Below are positions 45,431 through 55,456 of a stretch of DNA of 64,000 nt, one piece after another. Position 1 is the first letter of the stretch. Every line of letters begins with the position of its first letter. Source of the DNA: an uncultured delta proteobacterium (GTDB lineage: Bacteria > Myxococcota_A > Polyangia > Polyangiales > Polyangiaceae); NCBI GenBank assembly GCA_963841435.1, contig CAWJCS010000004.1, positions 640,001 through 704,000 of the forward strand. Direction: 5' to 3'. Both the position numbers and the translations under genes were made by a program. The notes under the pieces were generated by a model, which was not told where the DNA came from, did no database searches, and saw only the letters and a list, made by a program, of their open reading frames with translations.

Positions 45431-45459
45431 ATTATAAGGTGGAATTCTCGGGAGGTCAG
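45431..45459 (-). promoter_or_regulatory. putative sigma-70 promoter for gltBD
   Basis: Minus strand CTGACC-N17-TATAAT (perfect -10), about 47 bp upstream of the gltB ATG. Confidence 0.55.
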
Positions 45460-45589
45460 GGGCGTCCTAGCGAGAATCCATTGTCAACGGAATGAGGTCT
45501 TGCGTTCCGCCGATGGTGGCGCCGCGATCGTTTCCGGAGAGTGACCGCGAGCAGGCAGGGCGCGTGGTCGCGACCGTTTCGTCGAACCC

Positions 45590-45985
45590 TCAGGCTGGCT
45601 CGCCAGCGGCGTCTTCGGGTGGTGACGGTTCGTCCGGCGCGTCCAGAGGACCGATGGTGCAGGTGCCGCTGAACTGGACGCCCTTTTCGATGTGGACCTC
45701 GGGCGCATGGAGCGTCCCGGTGGCACGCGCCGGCACGTAGAGCTCGATGGAGTGGGCAGCGCGCACCGTGCCTTCGATGCTTCCGCCCTTGACGATCACC
45801 ATCCCGACCTCCACGTCGCCCTCCACCGAGGCGCCGTCGCCGACGATGAGCGCGTCGTCGCCGCGGATCTCGCCCTTGAAGGTGCCGTCGATGCGGACGC
45901 GGCCTTGGAAGTGCAATTTGCCTTCGAAATGGGTGCCACGGCCGAGCAGGGCCGTGATCTCGGTGGCGGGAAGCCCGGATGCCAT
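45590..45985 (-). CDS. bactofilin (polymer-forming cytoskeletal protein)
   Basis: LGRGTHFEGKL...RIDG...VEGDV...IEKGVQFSG beta-helix pattern. Confidence 0.9.
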   Translation of the reverse strand: MASGLPATEITALLGRGTHFEGKLHFQGRVRIDGTFKGEIRGDDALIVGDGASVEGDVEVGMVIVKGGSIEGTVRAAHSIELYVPARATGTLHAPEVHIEKGVQFSGTCTIGPLDAPDEPSPPEDAAGEPA

Positions 45986-46096
45986 GCGTTCGGGGCCATC
46001 CTAGCACCCAAGGCACGGCTTAGGCGGTCCTGGAAGGCACGGTCTCGATCGCCCAACTCGAGACCAGGACCGGGTAAGCTACGCCGCGGGCTCATC

Positions 46097-47230
46097 GTGC
46101 AGGTCGCTCACCGGGTCGCGTTCATCACCTTCGTCTGGCTTTGCTCGGCGGGGTCGCCGTCCGCGTGGGCTGCCGAGCCCGGCACCTCCGAACGGGCCGC
46201 GCCCGCGCCCGCCGCGACGGAGCCGGCGGCCGGCGCGGCGCCGCGCTGGCACGACTCGACGCTGGCGCTCCAGCAGCGTGCCACGGCGCAGACGTTTGGC
46301 GTCGGGCCCGACTACCAGAGCTCCGACCCCTACTACGACTTTCAAATCTACGTCCGGCCTCGCTACTACCTCACGGAGGGAGACCCGCTCACGATCAGCC
46401 TGCGCGCGCAGCTGCTCGCCGCCTACGAGGCGACCAACAGCGACGTGACGACGCGGCGGGGCGAGCTCTTGCTCGAGGACACGCTCGTAAGCCCCGTCTT
46501 CGGGTGGAAGCTCGACGATCGAGGCGACCAATACACGAACCTCGAGCTCGGGTTGCCGCGACTGGTGATTCCCACCGCCAAGGCAAGCTACTTGAGCGGC
46601 AAGATCCTCGGTGTCGGTGTGCGGCTGTTCGCCGACCAGGGGCTCGAGCTGCGAAAGGGCAGAAAGTTCTTGGCGAAGGGGCACGTCGCCGCCCGCATCG
46701 GCTACCAGTACGACTTCGTTCGCTACAACGTGCCCGACAGGTCGACGATCGCGCGACTCCGCACGGATCTCGCCGGTCACGTCGCGAGCAACGACCAGCT
46801 GTCCGGCGCCGCCTTCGCCGACCACAGCGGCACGCTGCACGGCATCGCCGGCGCGGATCTGTATCGCGACCGCCTGGCGCTCGAGCTCGAGGCCGGGCTC
46901 GACCCGATGCACAAGCGTGTGCTCGCGGAGCAAGCCGTTTGCAACCTACCGACCGGCTGCGTCCTTCCGCGACGCATCGACGACGCGCGTCGCTGGGTGA
47001 TGACCACGTTCTTCGACGTGCACCTCGAGGGCTCGCTGCTCGACGACATGCTCACGCTCAGCCTCGGGTACGAGCACATCACGGGTCAGCTCGGCCCTGA
47101 CGGGCGTCGGCGCAGCCTGTTTTACGGACCCGATGCGAAGTTTTATCTGGCCGCGGACCTCGTGCTCGACAAGCTCTACGGCTCGCTCGCGGGCAAACCC
47201 GCGCCGAGCGCGGTCGCGCTCGCACGCTGA
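46097..47230 (+). CDS. hypothetical exported protein, possibly outer-membrane beta-barrel
   Basis: Signal peptide ending AWA; alternating amphipathic beta segments. Start uncertain. Confidence 0.55.
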   Translation: MQVAHRVAFITFVWLCSAGSPSAWAAEPGTSERAAPAPAATEPAAGAAPRWHDSTLALQQRATAQTFGVGPDYQSSDPYYDFQIYVRPRYYLTEGDPLTISLRAQLLAAYEATNSDVTTRRGELLLEDTLVSPVFGWKLDDRGDQYTNLELGLPRLVIPTAKASYLSGKILGVGVRLFADQGLELRKGRKFLAKGHVAARIGYQYDFVRYNVPDRSTIARLRTDLAGHVASNDQLSGAAFADHSGTLHGIAGADLYRDRLALELEAGLDPMHKRVLAEQAVCNLPTGCVLPRRIDDARRWVMTTFFDVHLEGSLLDDMLTLSLGYEHITGQLGPDGRRRSLFYGPDAKFYLAADLVLDKLYGSLAGKPAPSAVALAR

Positions 47231-47255
47231 GGGGGAGAAAACCCAGGGCGCCGCT

Positions 47256-48779
47256 TCAGTGGCCGCCGGAGCCGTGCACCTCGAGCTCGGGGCGACCGGG
47301 CTCGGGCCAGTCCGTATGGAAGAACGCGCCGCGTGGACGATCGGTGCGCTCGTACGTGTGCGCGCCGAAGTAGTCGCGCTGAGCCTGTAAGAGGTTGGCG
47401 GGGAGCTTCGCGCTCCGATAGCCGTCGTAGTACGCGAGCGCGCTCATGAAAGCGGGCGCCGCGATGCCGTGCGTTGCAGCGAGCGCGACCACCTTGCGGA
47501 AGTTCGCCTGCCCGAGCTCGATCTGCCGCCTGAAATACGGGTCGAGCAGAAGGTTCACGAGGCCTGCGTCCTTGCGATACGCGTCCGTGATCTTTTGCAA
47601 GAAGCGGGCGCGAATGATGCACCCGCCGCGGAAGATCGCGGCGATCGTCGCGAAGTCGAGCTTCCAGTCGTATTCCTTTTGCGCCTCGCGCATGAGCTGG
47701 AAGCCCTGCGCGTACGCACAGATCTTCGAGCAATACAGCGCGTCGCGCACGGCGCCGACGAGCGCGGCGCGGTCTTCCGTGAGCGACGGCGCCTTGGGCC
47801 CTTGGAGCACGGCGCTCGCCGCCACGCGCTCTTCCTTGAGGGCGCTCAGGCAGCGCGCGAACACGGCCTCGGCGATGGCGTTTGCGGGAATGCCCATGTC
47901 GAGCGCGTTGACGCTCGTCCACTTGCCGGTGCCCTTCTGGCCGGCGGCATCGAGCACGTAGTCGACGAGGAACGCTTCAGGGTGCGACGGATCGCGCTGT
48001 CGCAGGATGTCGGCGGTGATCTGGATGAGGTACGAGTCGAGCTCGCCTTCGTTCCAGCCTGCGAACACGTCGGCGAGCTCGTCCGGTCGCATGCCGAGGA
48101 GCTGGCGCAGGATCGAGTACGCCTCGCCGATGAGCTGCATGTCGATGTACTCGATGCCGTTGTGCACCATCTTCACGTAGTGCCCGGCCCCGTTCGGTCC
48201 GAGGTAGGCGGTGCATGGCTCGCCCCCCGTCACCGGCTTGCCGGGTGCGTACGTTTCGATGGGTTTGCCGGTCGCCGGGTCGACCTTGGCCGCCACGGCC
48301 CGCCAGATGGGCTCGAGGTGTTGCCAGGACGCGGGGTCGCCGCCGGGCATCAGCGAAGGACCGAAGCGCGCGCCCACCTCGCCACCCGACACGCCCGAGC
48401 CGAAGAATTTGCACGCGGACTGGTACTCCTTCTCGCGCCGGATCGTGTCCGTCCACAGGCTGTTGCCGCAGTCGACGACGATGTCGTCCGGCGCGATGCC
48501 CGAGTCGATGAGCTCCTTGGCCACGGCGTCGACCGCCTTGCCGGCCTTCACCAAAATGATGAACTTGCGTGGGCGCTTCACGGCGCGCACCAGGTCGGCG
48601 GTTGTCGCACATCCGACGAGTCCGCCCGGAGTGCTCGGGTTCTCCGCGACGAACCCTTGCATGGTGGCGGTCGTGCGGTTGTAGACTGCTACCTTGAAAC
48701 CGTGGTCGGCGATGTTGAGGGCAAGGTTCTGCCCCATCACCGCCAGCCCAATGAGTCCGATGTCTGCCGTCGCGTCCAT
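47256..48779 (-). CDS. gnd: 6-phosphogluconate dehydrogenase (NADP+, decarboxylating)
   Basis: [47 protein letters not shown]. Confidence 0.97.
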   Translation of the reverse strand: MDATADIGLIGLAVMGQNLALNIADHGFKVAVYNRTTATMQGFVAENPSTPGGLVGCATTADLVRAVKRPRKFIILVKAGKAVDAVAKELIDSGIAPDDIVVDCGNSLWTDTIRREKEYQSACKFFGSGVSGGEVGARFGPSLMPGGDPASWQHLEPIWRAVAAKVDPATGKPIETYAPGKPVTGGEPCTAYLGPNGAGHYVKMVHNGIEYIDMQLIGEAYSILRQLLGMRPDELADVFAGWNEGELDSYLIQITADILRQRDPSHPEAFLVDYVLDAAGQKGTGKWTSVNALDMGIPANAIAEAVFARCLSALKEERVAASAVLQGPKAPSLTEDRAALVGAVRDALYCSKICAYAQGFQLMREAQKEYDWKLDFATIAAIFRGGCIIRARFLQKITDAYRKDAGLVNLLLDPYFRRQIELGQANFRKVVALAATHGIAAPAFMSALAYYDGYRSAKLPANLLQAQRDYFGAHTYERTDRPRGAFFHTDWPEPGRPELEVHGSGGH

Positions 48780-48878
48780 GATCGTATCTCGCTTCCCCGC
48801 CGTTAGTGCGAGGCCAGGCGACGGTCAAGCGCCGCCTCCTTTGGCACGCGCGACGTCCGCCAGGGGAAGCGCGCGCGG

Positions 48879-49898
48879 ATGGTGATGGGGGAGCTAGGAC
48901 CGGCTTCCCATCAAGGCGGTTCGCTGGTCGTCGCCGACGACGATCGACTGACGCGCGAGCTCGTCGCCACCATGTTGCGCGCGCGGGGCTACGAGGTCGA
49001 AACCGTGGCGGACGGTCAGGCGGCCGTGGAGCGCGTCGCGCGCGGCGGTGTGCACCTCGTTCTGCTCGACGTGCTCATGCCTCGTCTGGGGGGGCTCGAA
49101 GCGTGCCGCCTCTTGAAGAGCATGACGAGCGGCTCGTTCTTGCCCGTCGTGCTCCTCACGGTGAAGACCGACAGCGCGAGCCGCGTCGAGGGGCTGCGCA
49201 TCGGGGCCGACGACTACGTGTGCAAGCCGTTCGACGAGAGCGAGCTCGTCGCTCGCGTGGAGGCGATGCTGCGCATCAAGCGGCTCCACGATCACGTGGC
49301 GGAAGCGCGCGCGCGTCTCGAGCAGCTCAGCATTCACGACGACCTCACGGGTCTCTACAATTACCGGTACCTACATGCGCGGCTCGGGGAGGAATTCAAG
49401 CGCGCCGAGCGGCACCAGGAGCCGCTCGCCTGCCTGGCCATCGACATCGACCGGCTCCAGCTCTACAACGAGCTCGCGGGTCGCGAGCAGGGCGACCGGG
49501 TCTTGAGGCAAGTGGCCGACGCAATCCGGCGCGCTACGCGCGAGGGCGACGTCATCGCACGCTTCGGCGGTGACGAATTTCTGGTCGTGCTCCCGGGGCT
49601 GCACTTCGCGGGCGCAGCGGAAGTTGCCGAACGCATCTTCCGGGATGTCGGCGAGCGCCCCCTGCTGTCGGAAGCGGCGCTGAGCCATCCGATCAGCCTG
49701 TCGGTCGGCGTGTCGCTGTTTCCGAGCCGGGACATCCGCACGAAGGACGCGCTCCTGCGTGCCGCCGACGCCGCGCTCGGTGCGGCCAAGCGCGAAGGCG
49801 GGCGGCGCGTGTGCGTGCACCAGCAGGAGGGGCAGATCTACGTGCCCGTCAAGGATTCGGGGTTGATGCCGAGCTCCAGGGGGAAAGACGGGGGATGA
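48879..49898 (+). CDS. response regulator receiver + GGDEF domain protein
   Basis: ADDD, LLDVLMP, KPF receiver; DDLTGLYN; REGD I-site; RFGGDEF. Confidence 0.92.
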   Translation: MVMGELGPASHQGGSLVVADDDRLTRELVATMLRARGYEVETVADGQAAVERVARGGVHLVLLDVLMPRLGGLEACRLLKSMTSGSFLPVVLLTVKTDSASRVEGLRIGADDYVCKPFDESELVARVEAMLRIKRLHDHVAEARARLEQLSIHDDLTGLYNYRYLHARLGEEFKRAERHQEPLACLAIDIDRLQLYNELAGREQGDRVLRQVADAIRRATREGDVIARFGGDEFLVVLPGLHFAGAAEVAERIFRDVGERPLLSEAALSHPISLSVGVSLFPSRDIRTKDALLRAADAALGAAKREGGRRVCVHQQEGQIYVPVKDSGLMPSSRGKDGG

Positions 49899-51364
49899 AC
49901 GCCGAGCTCAGCATCCGCCCCGGCGAGCTCGGGGGCCCCACCGTCGAGGAGGCCCCGCCACGCGTGCTCGTGGTCGACGACGAGCGCGCGCTCAGACGCG
50001 CGTTGAGCCGGCTGTTGCAGGTGAAGGGCATGACGGTGGGCGTCGCGGAGGATGGCGCCAACGCCGTGGAGTTGCTCGAGAAGGAGACGTTCGACGTCGC
50101 CCTCGTCGACCTGATGATGCCGCGCATGGGCGGTCTCGAGCTCCTGTCGCACGTGCGTGAGCGCCACCCCGCCATGGAAGTGGTGCTCATGACGGCATTC
50201 GGTGACGTCGAGACCGCCGTGCAGGCCGTGCGGTCAGGCGCCTACCATTTCCTCACCAAGCCTTTCCGCTCCAACGACGAGGTGCTCCTCGCCGTGACCA
50301 AGGCGGCCGAGCATCGGCGGCTCGTCGACCACGCGGTGATGCTCGAGCGGCGTCTCGAGCGGATGCAGAAGTTCGGCGGGCTGATCGGCAATTCGCCCAA
50401 GATGCAGGAGGTCTACCGGCTCGCGCTCGGCGTGGCACCCACCGCGTCGACGGTGCTGATCCTCGGCGACAGCGGCACCGGCAAGGAGCTCACGGCGCGC
50501 GCGATCCACCAGCATTCGCAGCGCGCCGAAAAGCCTTTCGTCGCCGTCAACTGCTCCGCCATTCCCGTGGACCTCGTCGAGAGCGAGCTGTTCGGGCACC
50601 TGCGAGGCGCCTTCACGGGCGCGACGGCGAGTCGCCCCGGGCTGTTCGAGGTCGCCGACGGCGGAACCCTCTTTCTCGACGAGGTCGGTGACCTGCCGCC
50701 CCTCGCGCAGGTCAAGCTGCTGCGCGCGCTACAAGAGGGTGAAATCAAGCGCGTCGGAGCGAACGAGACCAAGACCGTCGATGTGCGCGTCATCGCCGCC
50801 ACGAACGTCGACCTCAAGGCGCGCATCCAGTCAGGCCGCTTCCGCGAGGACCTCTACTATCGGCTCAACGTCGTGCCGATCGCCCTCCCGCTGCTCAGGG
50901 AACGCCCCGAAGACATTCCACTGCTCGCTCAACATTTCTTGCGGCGCTACGCGGAGCGCTCGAATCGCCCCGTCCAATCGATCAGCGCGGCCACGCTAGA
51001 AGCTCTCAAGGGTCAGCGCTGGGACGGCAACGTGCGCGAGCTCGAAAACACGATCGAGCACGCCGTGGTGTTCTCGACCGGCGAGCGGCTCGAGGTTCGC
51101 GACTTGCCGCCGTCGATGGAGCAGACGCCGTCTGGGCGCATGACGCCCGTCAACGGGACGAGCGTCGCGGCGAGCTTCAAGGAGCTGCCATTTCGCACCG
51201 CGAAGGAGCGAGCGATGAAGGCTTTCGAGGGCGAGTACTTCCAGGCGCTGCTCGATGACTGCGAGGGCAACGTTTCGGAGGCCGCGCGGCGGGCCGGGCT
51301 CGACCGTTCGAACTTCCGCCGCGCCGCGCGTCGCGCCGGCATCAAGACGCGCGACGACGGGTGA
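49895..51364 (+). CDS. sigma-54-dependent response regulator (NtrC family)
   Basis: Receiver; GDSGTGKE, GAFTGA, LFLDEV, FREDLYYRL, GNVREL; C-terminal HTH. ATGA overlap with the GGDEF gene. Confidence 0.96.
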   Translation: MNAELSIRPGELGGPTVEEAPPRVLVVDDERALRRALSRLLQVKGMTVGVAEDGANAVELLEKETFDVALVDLMMPRMGGLELLSHVRERHPAMEVVLMTAFGDVETAVQAVRSGAYHFLTKPFRSNDEVLLAVTKAAEHRRLVDHAVMLERRLERMQKFGGLIGNSPKMQEVYRLALGVAPTASTVLILGDSGTGKELTARAIHQHSQRAEKPFVAVNCSAIPVDLVESELFGHLRGAFTGATASRPGLFEVADGGTLFLDEVGDLPPLAQVKLLRALQEGEIKRVGANETKTVDVRVIAATNVDLKARIQSGRFREDLYYRLNVVPIALPLLRERPEDIPLLAQHFLRRYAERSNRPVQSISAATLEALKGQRWDGNVRELENTIEHAVVFSTGERLEVRDLPPSMEQTPSGRMTPVNGTSVAASFKELPFRTAKERAMKAFEGEYFQALLDDCEGNVSEAARRAGLDRSNFRRAARRAGIKTRDDG

Positions 51365-51437
51365 GGGATCTCGAGGCCGCCGCCGTCAGCGCTGAGCCAC
51401 TCCGCGCACCCCGCGGGACATGCCTTTCGGAGCGCGC

Positions 51438-52586
51438 ATGAAATCGAGCCGGATCTCGTGGGGGTTTTTCGTGGCGGGACTGTGCGTCGGCGTGCCGGCC
51501 TGCGACGGAGGCGGTGACGGAGCGCCCGGCGTGGGTGGTAGCGCCGCGACCGGGCCGGGGGCGGGCGCGTCGGGAGCGGGCGCCTCCGGGGCGGGCGCCT
51601 CCGGGGCGGGCGCCACGGCCGGCGACGGAGGCGGCGTGGGCGGCGTGGGCGGCGCCGCAGGCGGCACGGCCGGTGCGAGCTCGGGCCTCGGGGGGGCGAG
51701 CGGCTCGTCGTCGGGAGGCTCCGCCGCAGGAGGCTCCGCCGCAGGAGGCTCCGCCGCAGGAGGCTCCGCCGGGGGACAGAGTGGGGCATCTGGAGCCGCC
51801 GTGGGCGGCGCCGGCGCGTCGGGTGGGGTCGCTGGCTCCGATGGGGGAGTGAGCGGCGCGGGGAGCGCTGGGGCGGGCCAGGGGGGCATGCCGGGCTCGG
51901 GGTGTGCGGGCGCCGACTATCTGATCTGCGAGGATTTCGAGAGCACGCCGCTCGGAGAGGTGCCGAGCGGCTGGACTCGACGGGGCAGTGAGGCTGCCGT
52001 CGCGGACGACGAGGCGCACGGCGGCGCGCACGCTCTCAAGCTCGGAGCGGTCGCTTCGGGCGAGCGGCGCATCGCTCGCGACGCGGGGCTGCTGGGAAGC
52101 GCGCACTACGGTCGTATCTTCTATCGAGTTCAGGCACCCGTACCGGACGCGTTCGTTCACTCGACGTTCGTCTCGCTCATGGGCGACGGCCCGACGAATG
52201 GCACGAGCGAGTATCGGCCCATCGATACCGTCAAGCAGGCCAAGGACACGCCGGACGTCGGCTCACGGCACAACTTCATCTACAACGTGCAGATCATCGG
52301 CGGCAGCGAGTTCGGCCGTGAAACGTCGTACGACTACCTCTTCGACGAAGCGTGGCACTGCGCCGAGTATCACATCGACGCCTCCAACCAGAGCTTCTCA
52401 CTCTCGTTCGACGGAGAGGAGGTGCTCGCCTTCGAAAATGGTGCCGGTCAGTACGACCGCACCGACATTCCGAGCTCGTTCGACGAGGTTCGCGTGGGCT
52501 TCAACAACTACCAGAGCGCGCCGCCGGGCTTCACGGTGTGGATCGACGACGTCGCGTTCGACGACCAGCCCATCGGCTGCAACTGA
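51438..52586 (+). CDS. Gly-rich lipoprotein with Cip1-like/beta-sandwich C-terminal domain
   Basis: Lipobox VPAC; ICEDFES ... WHCAEY ... VWIDDVAF..IGC. Confidence 0.65.
   Translation: MKSSRISWGFFVAGLCVGVPACDGGGDGAPGVGGSAATGPGAGASGAGASGAGASGAGATAGDGGGVGGVGGAAGGTAGASSGLGGASGSSSGGSAAGGSAAGGSAAGGSAGGQSGASGAAVGGAGASGGVAGSDGGVSGAGSAGAGQGGMPGSGCAGADYLICEDFESTPLGEVPSGWTRRGSEAAVADDEAHGGAHALKLGAVASGERRIARDAGLLGSAHYGRIFYRVQAPVPDAFVHSTFVSLMGDGPTNGTSEYRPIDTVKQAKDTPDVGSRHNFIYNVQIIGGSEFGRETSYDYLFDEAWHCAEYHIDASNQSFSLSFDGEEVLAFENGAGQYDRTDIPSSFDEVRVGFNNYQSAPPGFTVWIDDVAFDDQPIGCN
51714..51770 (+). repeat. 15-bp in-frame tandem repeat (GGAGGCTCCGCCGCA)x3.8 encoding GGSAA
   Basis: Exact copies visible in the lipoprotein linker. 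Confidence 0.9.
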
Positions 52587-52661
52587 AAGGCGAAGCGTCG
52601 CTCTCCGCAGTCGCGTCGTCGTCCCGGGTGACGAACGCGGTGCCCCGATGCCGGAAAAGCC

Positions 52662-54383
52662 TCACGACGCGGCGCGCGCTTCGTGCTCGTCGAGACGCTT
52701 CTCGATGCTCGCTAGGGCGTTGCCGATCGACTCGTTGACGAGTTGGACGATCACGGGGAGCTGCCCCTTGAGCGCCTCGTAGTAGCGCTGGCGCTCCGTC
52801 GAGTGGATGATCGCAGGCGGGTAGCCGCCGCGCAGCAGAATGGCGTTCATCAGCAGACGGGCGACCTTGCCGCTGTCTTGCGGGAACGGGAACACCCGCA
52901 AAAGATCGTAGTGAACCCGGGCCGCGACGCGCAGCGGGCTCTTCATTTTTTTGGCTTCGGGCCCGTTCAGCCAATCCATGATCTGACGCACCCGGTAGGC
53001 GATCTTGTCGGGTGCCGCATACTCGTGGAAGTAGAGACGGTGCTGGGGGATGTCTTTGCGATACTTCACCGTCTTAACGTCGCCCTCTTCCGGGTGCAGC
53101 ATCACGTAGAGCTTCTTGACGACGTTGACATTGAGCGGGACGCGCCGTCGCTCGCCGAGGTCCCGCACGTAGGCGATGGCCTGGCGGTGGCGCCGGATCT
53201 CGTCGCACACGGGCTGCATGCTCGAGTCGGGCAGCGGTGTCGTACCCGGATCCATCGCCGCCGACAGCTCCTGGAACGTGTAGACGACGCCCTCGAGAGC
53301 GCTGTCGTGATGGATCCAGGACATCTCGAGCGTGCTCTCGTACTCCCGCTTCAGCGGTTCGCCGGCCCGGCCCAAGCGCTCGAGGATGCGCACGTAGCGC
53401 TGCTCGACGCCTTCCACGACGGGGGGCGCCGCGGGGGCGGGGGTCGGTCGCGGCTCGGCCGGCGGAGTCGGAATCGGGTGTGAGACTCCCGAACCGTGCT
53501 CGGCCGGTCGAACGCCGACGAGCCGGTGCTGTGTGCCTGGCTCCCCCTGGCGGCGCGTGGTGCCCGACTGGTTGGGAATGGCAGCGGGATCGTAGACGCG
53601 AGTGGTTCCGACGCGCAGGCCATCGACGCGCTGCGCGGCGCGTGTCGCGCGGGCCACCTTGCCCTCGCGAACGCGCCGAGCGGCTTCGCGCTCGGCGCGC
53701 AGCCGCTCGCGCTCGGCTTCCTTCGCCTTGCGGTACGCCTCGCGCTCGGCGTCACGTCGCGCGCGCTCCTCTTCCTTGGCGCGCCGAGCGGCTTCCTTTA
53801 CGGCCTCGCGCTCGGCCAGAACGCGGCGCTTCTCCGCTTCCTGCGCGGCCCGCTCGGCCGCCCGGCGCGCATCGGCCTCCTTCTTCTGGCGGGCGCGCTC
53901 GGCTTCGCGCTGTGCCTTCAGCTTCTTTTGCTCGCGGTCCTTCTGGGCGCGCTCGCGCTCACGCTCTTTCTGGGCCCGTGCTCGCTCGCGGTCCTTCTGG
54001 GCGCGCTCGCGCTCACGCTCTTTCTGGGCCCGCGCCCGCTCGCGCTGCTTTTCGGCCTGCTCGCGCTGACGCTCTTTCTGAGCGCGCGCTCGGTCGCGCT
54101 GCTTCTGGGCGGCCAGGCGGGCGCGGCTCGCCTGCTCGCGTGCGCGCTCCTTCTTCGCCTTTGCGGCGGCGCGCTTCCGGTCCGCCGCGCTCTTCGGCTT
54201 GGCGGGCCGGGCAGGCCGACGGCTGGGCCCCTTCTTGCGGGCCACGGCGCGCTTGGCGGGCCGCGCTGAGCGCGAAGGGGCACGCCCCGACTTCCTCGCT
54301 TGCGGGCGACGTTTCCCCTTGGACGAGCGCTTGGGCCGGCCCTTCGCGACTGTCTTTCTCGGCTTCTTGTTGCGGGCTGACAT
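52662..54383 (-). CDS. Fic-domain protein with degenerate motif and long basic/charged N-terminus
   Basis: WIHHDSALEG; AARVHYDLLRVFPFPQDSGKVARLLMNAILLRGGYPPAII..RQRYYEAL. Confidence 0.8.
   Translation of the reverse strand: MSARNKKPRKTVAKGRPKRSSKGKRRPQARKSGRAPSRSARPAKRAVARKKGPSRRPARPAKPKSAADRKRAAAKAKKERAREQASRARLAAQKQRDRARAQKERQREQAEKQRERARAQKERERERAQKDRERARAQKERERERAQKDREQKKLKAQREAERARQKKEADARRAAERAAQEAEKRRVLAEREAVKEAARRAKEEERARRDAEREAYRKAKEAERERLRAEREAARRVREGKVARATRAAQRVDGLRVGTTRVYDPAAIPNQSGTTRRQGEPGTQHRLVGVRPAEHGSGVSHPIPTPPAEPRPTPAPAAPPVVEGVEQRYVRILERLGRAGEPLKREYESTLEMSWIHHDSALEGVVYTFQELSAAMDPGTTPLPDSSMQPVCDEIRRHRQAIAYVRDLGERRRVPLNVNVVKKLYVMLHPEEGDVKTVKYRKDIPQHRLYFHEYAAPDKIAYRVRQIMDWLNGPEAKKMKSPLRVAARVHYDLLRVFPFPQDSGKVARLLMNAILLRGGYPPAIIHSTERQRYYEALKGQLPVIVQLVNESIGNALASIEKRLDEHEARAAS
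53931..54038 (-). repeat. 54-bp tandem duplication (RERARAQKERERERAQKD) in the Fic N-terminus
   Basis: Two near-identical 54-nt units starting at 53931 and 53985. Confidence 0.85.
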
Positions 54384-54598
54384 CGGCCAGGCGGGCGCCA
54401 CCAGGGGTGCCACGCATCAGCAAAATTACAATGATTTCAACGGCTTGGGTCAGGCCGGCCATTCGGATCGGTAGCGATCCGGGGCAGAACCGCCCAAAGT
54501 CCGAGCGCAAGCTAGTCGCGCGACACTCAAAAGGTCAAGGCAAAGCAGCAGCCGCGACTCGGTAGCAAGGCCTGCCCTACGCGCGCGAAAACCGCCGC

Positions 54599-55429
54599 TT
54601 AGCCAAAATATTCCGCGAAGATCTCGCTGTTTTTCAGGGTCGCCCCGCGCGCCGTCAGAACTTCTACGCCCGTCGGTGTCACGAGCACGGTGTGCTCGAA
54701 TTGCGCCGATAACGAGCCATCGGCGGTGACCGCGGTCCAATCGTCGTCGAGAACCTCGACCTCGTGGGATCCGACGTTGACCATCGGTTCTATCGTGAAA
54801 GTCATTCCAGGTTTGAGCCGGATGCCTTTTCCACGCTGACCGTAATGGGCGACCTTGGGCTCGTCGTGGAACTTGCGGCCGATGCCGTGGCCCACGAAGT
54901 CCTCGACGACGGAGCAGCCTTTGGCCTCCGCGAACTCCTGAATGGCAGCGCCGATGTCGCCGAGGCGCGCGCCGGGTCGCACCTCCTGGATGCCGAGCTC
55001 GAGGCAGCGGCGGGCCACCTCCGTCACGAGCTTTGCTTGGTCGCTCACGCGGCCGACGTAGAACGTCGCCGACGTGTCGCCGTGGAAGCCCTTGTAGATG
55101 TGCGTGATGTTGACGTTGACGATGTCACCTTCGCGCAGCATGCGAGGGCCGGGGATGCCATGGCACACGACCTCGTTCACCGAGGTGCAGATGCTCTTCG
55201 GGAACGGAGGGCTGTCACCGTTTCGGTAGCCGAGCGGCGCGGGCCGGGCGCCCTTCTTCAAAGTGTCCTCGTGGACGAACGCGTCGAGCTCGTCGGTGGT
55301 GACGCCGGGACGGACCAGCTCCGCGACCCGCACGAGCGAGTCGCCCGCGAGGCGTCCGACCTCGCGCATGGCGTCGATCTCCCGGGCAGTCTTGATCTCG
55401 ACCGAGCTGGTTCGAAAATGCAGGTCCAC
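54599..55429 (-). CDS. map: methionine aminopeptidase type I
   Basis: CTSVNEVVCHGIP, HGDTS, GHGIG..FH, TIEPM, SAQFEHT. Confidence 0.96.
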   Translation of the reverse strand: MDLHFRTSSVEIKTAREIDAMREVGRLAGDSLVRVAELVRPGVTTDELDAFVHEDTLKKGARPAPLGYRNGDSPPFPKSICTSVNEVVCHGIPGPRMLREGDIVNVNITHIYKGFHGDTSATFYVGRVSDQAKLVTEVARRCLELGIQEVRPGARLGDIGAAIQEFAEAKGCSVVEDFVGHGIGRKFHDEPKVAHYGQRGKGIRLKPGMTFTIEPMVNVGSHEVEVLDDDWTAVTADGSLSAQFEHTVLVTPTGVEVLTARGATLKNSEIFAEYFG

Positions 55430-55456
55430 GGCTGGTTCTTAGGTTACCGACGAATC

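Noticed and set aside
48841-48860. Sigma-54 promoter (TTGGCACG) before the GGDEF/NtrC pair
   Set aside because: The -24 element is good, but there is no TTGC-like -12 element at the required spacing.
54435-54447. IHF-like site TTTCAACGGCTTG upstream of the Fic gene
   Set aside because: Near-consensus, but a short degenerate motif in an AT-richer spacer is not enough evidence.
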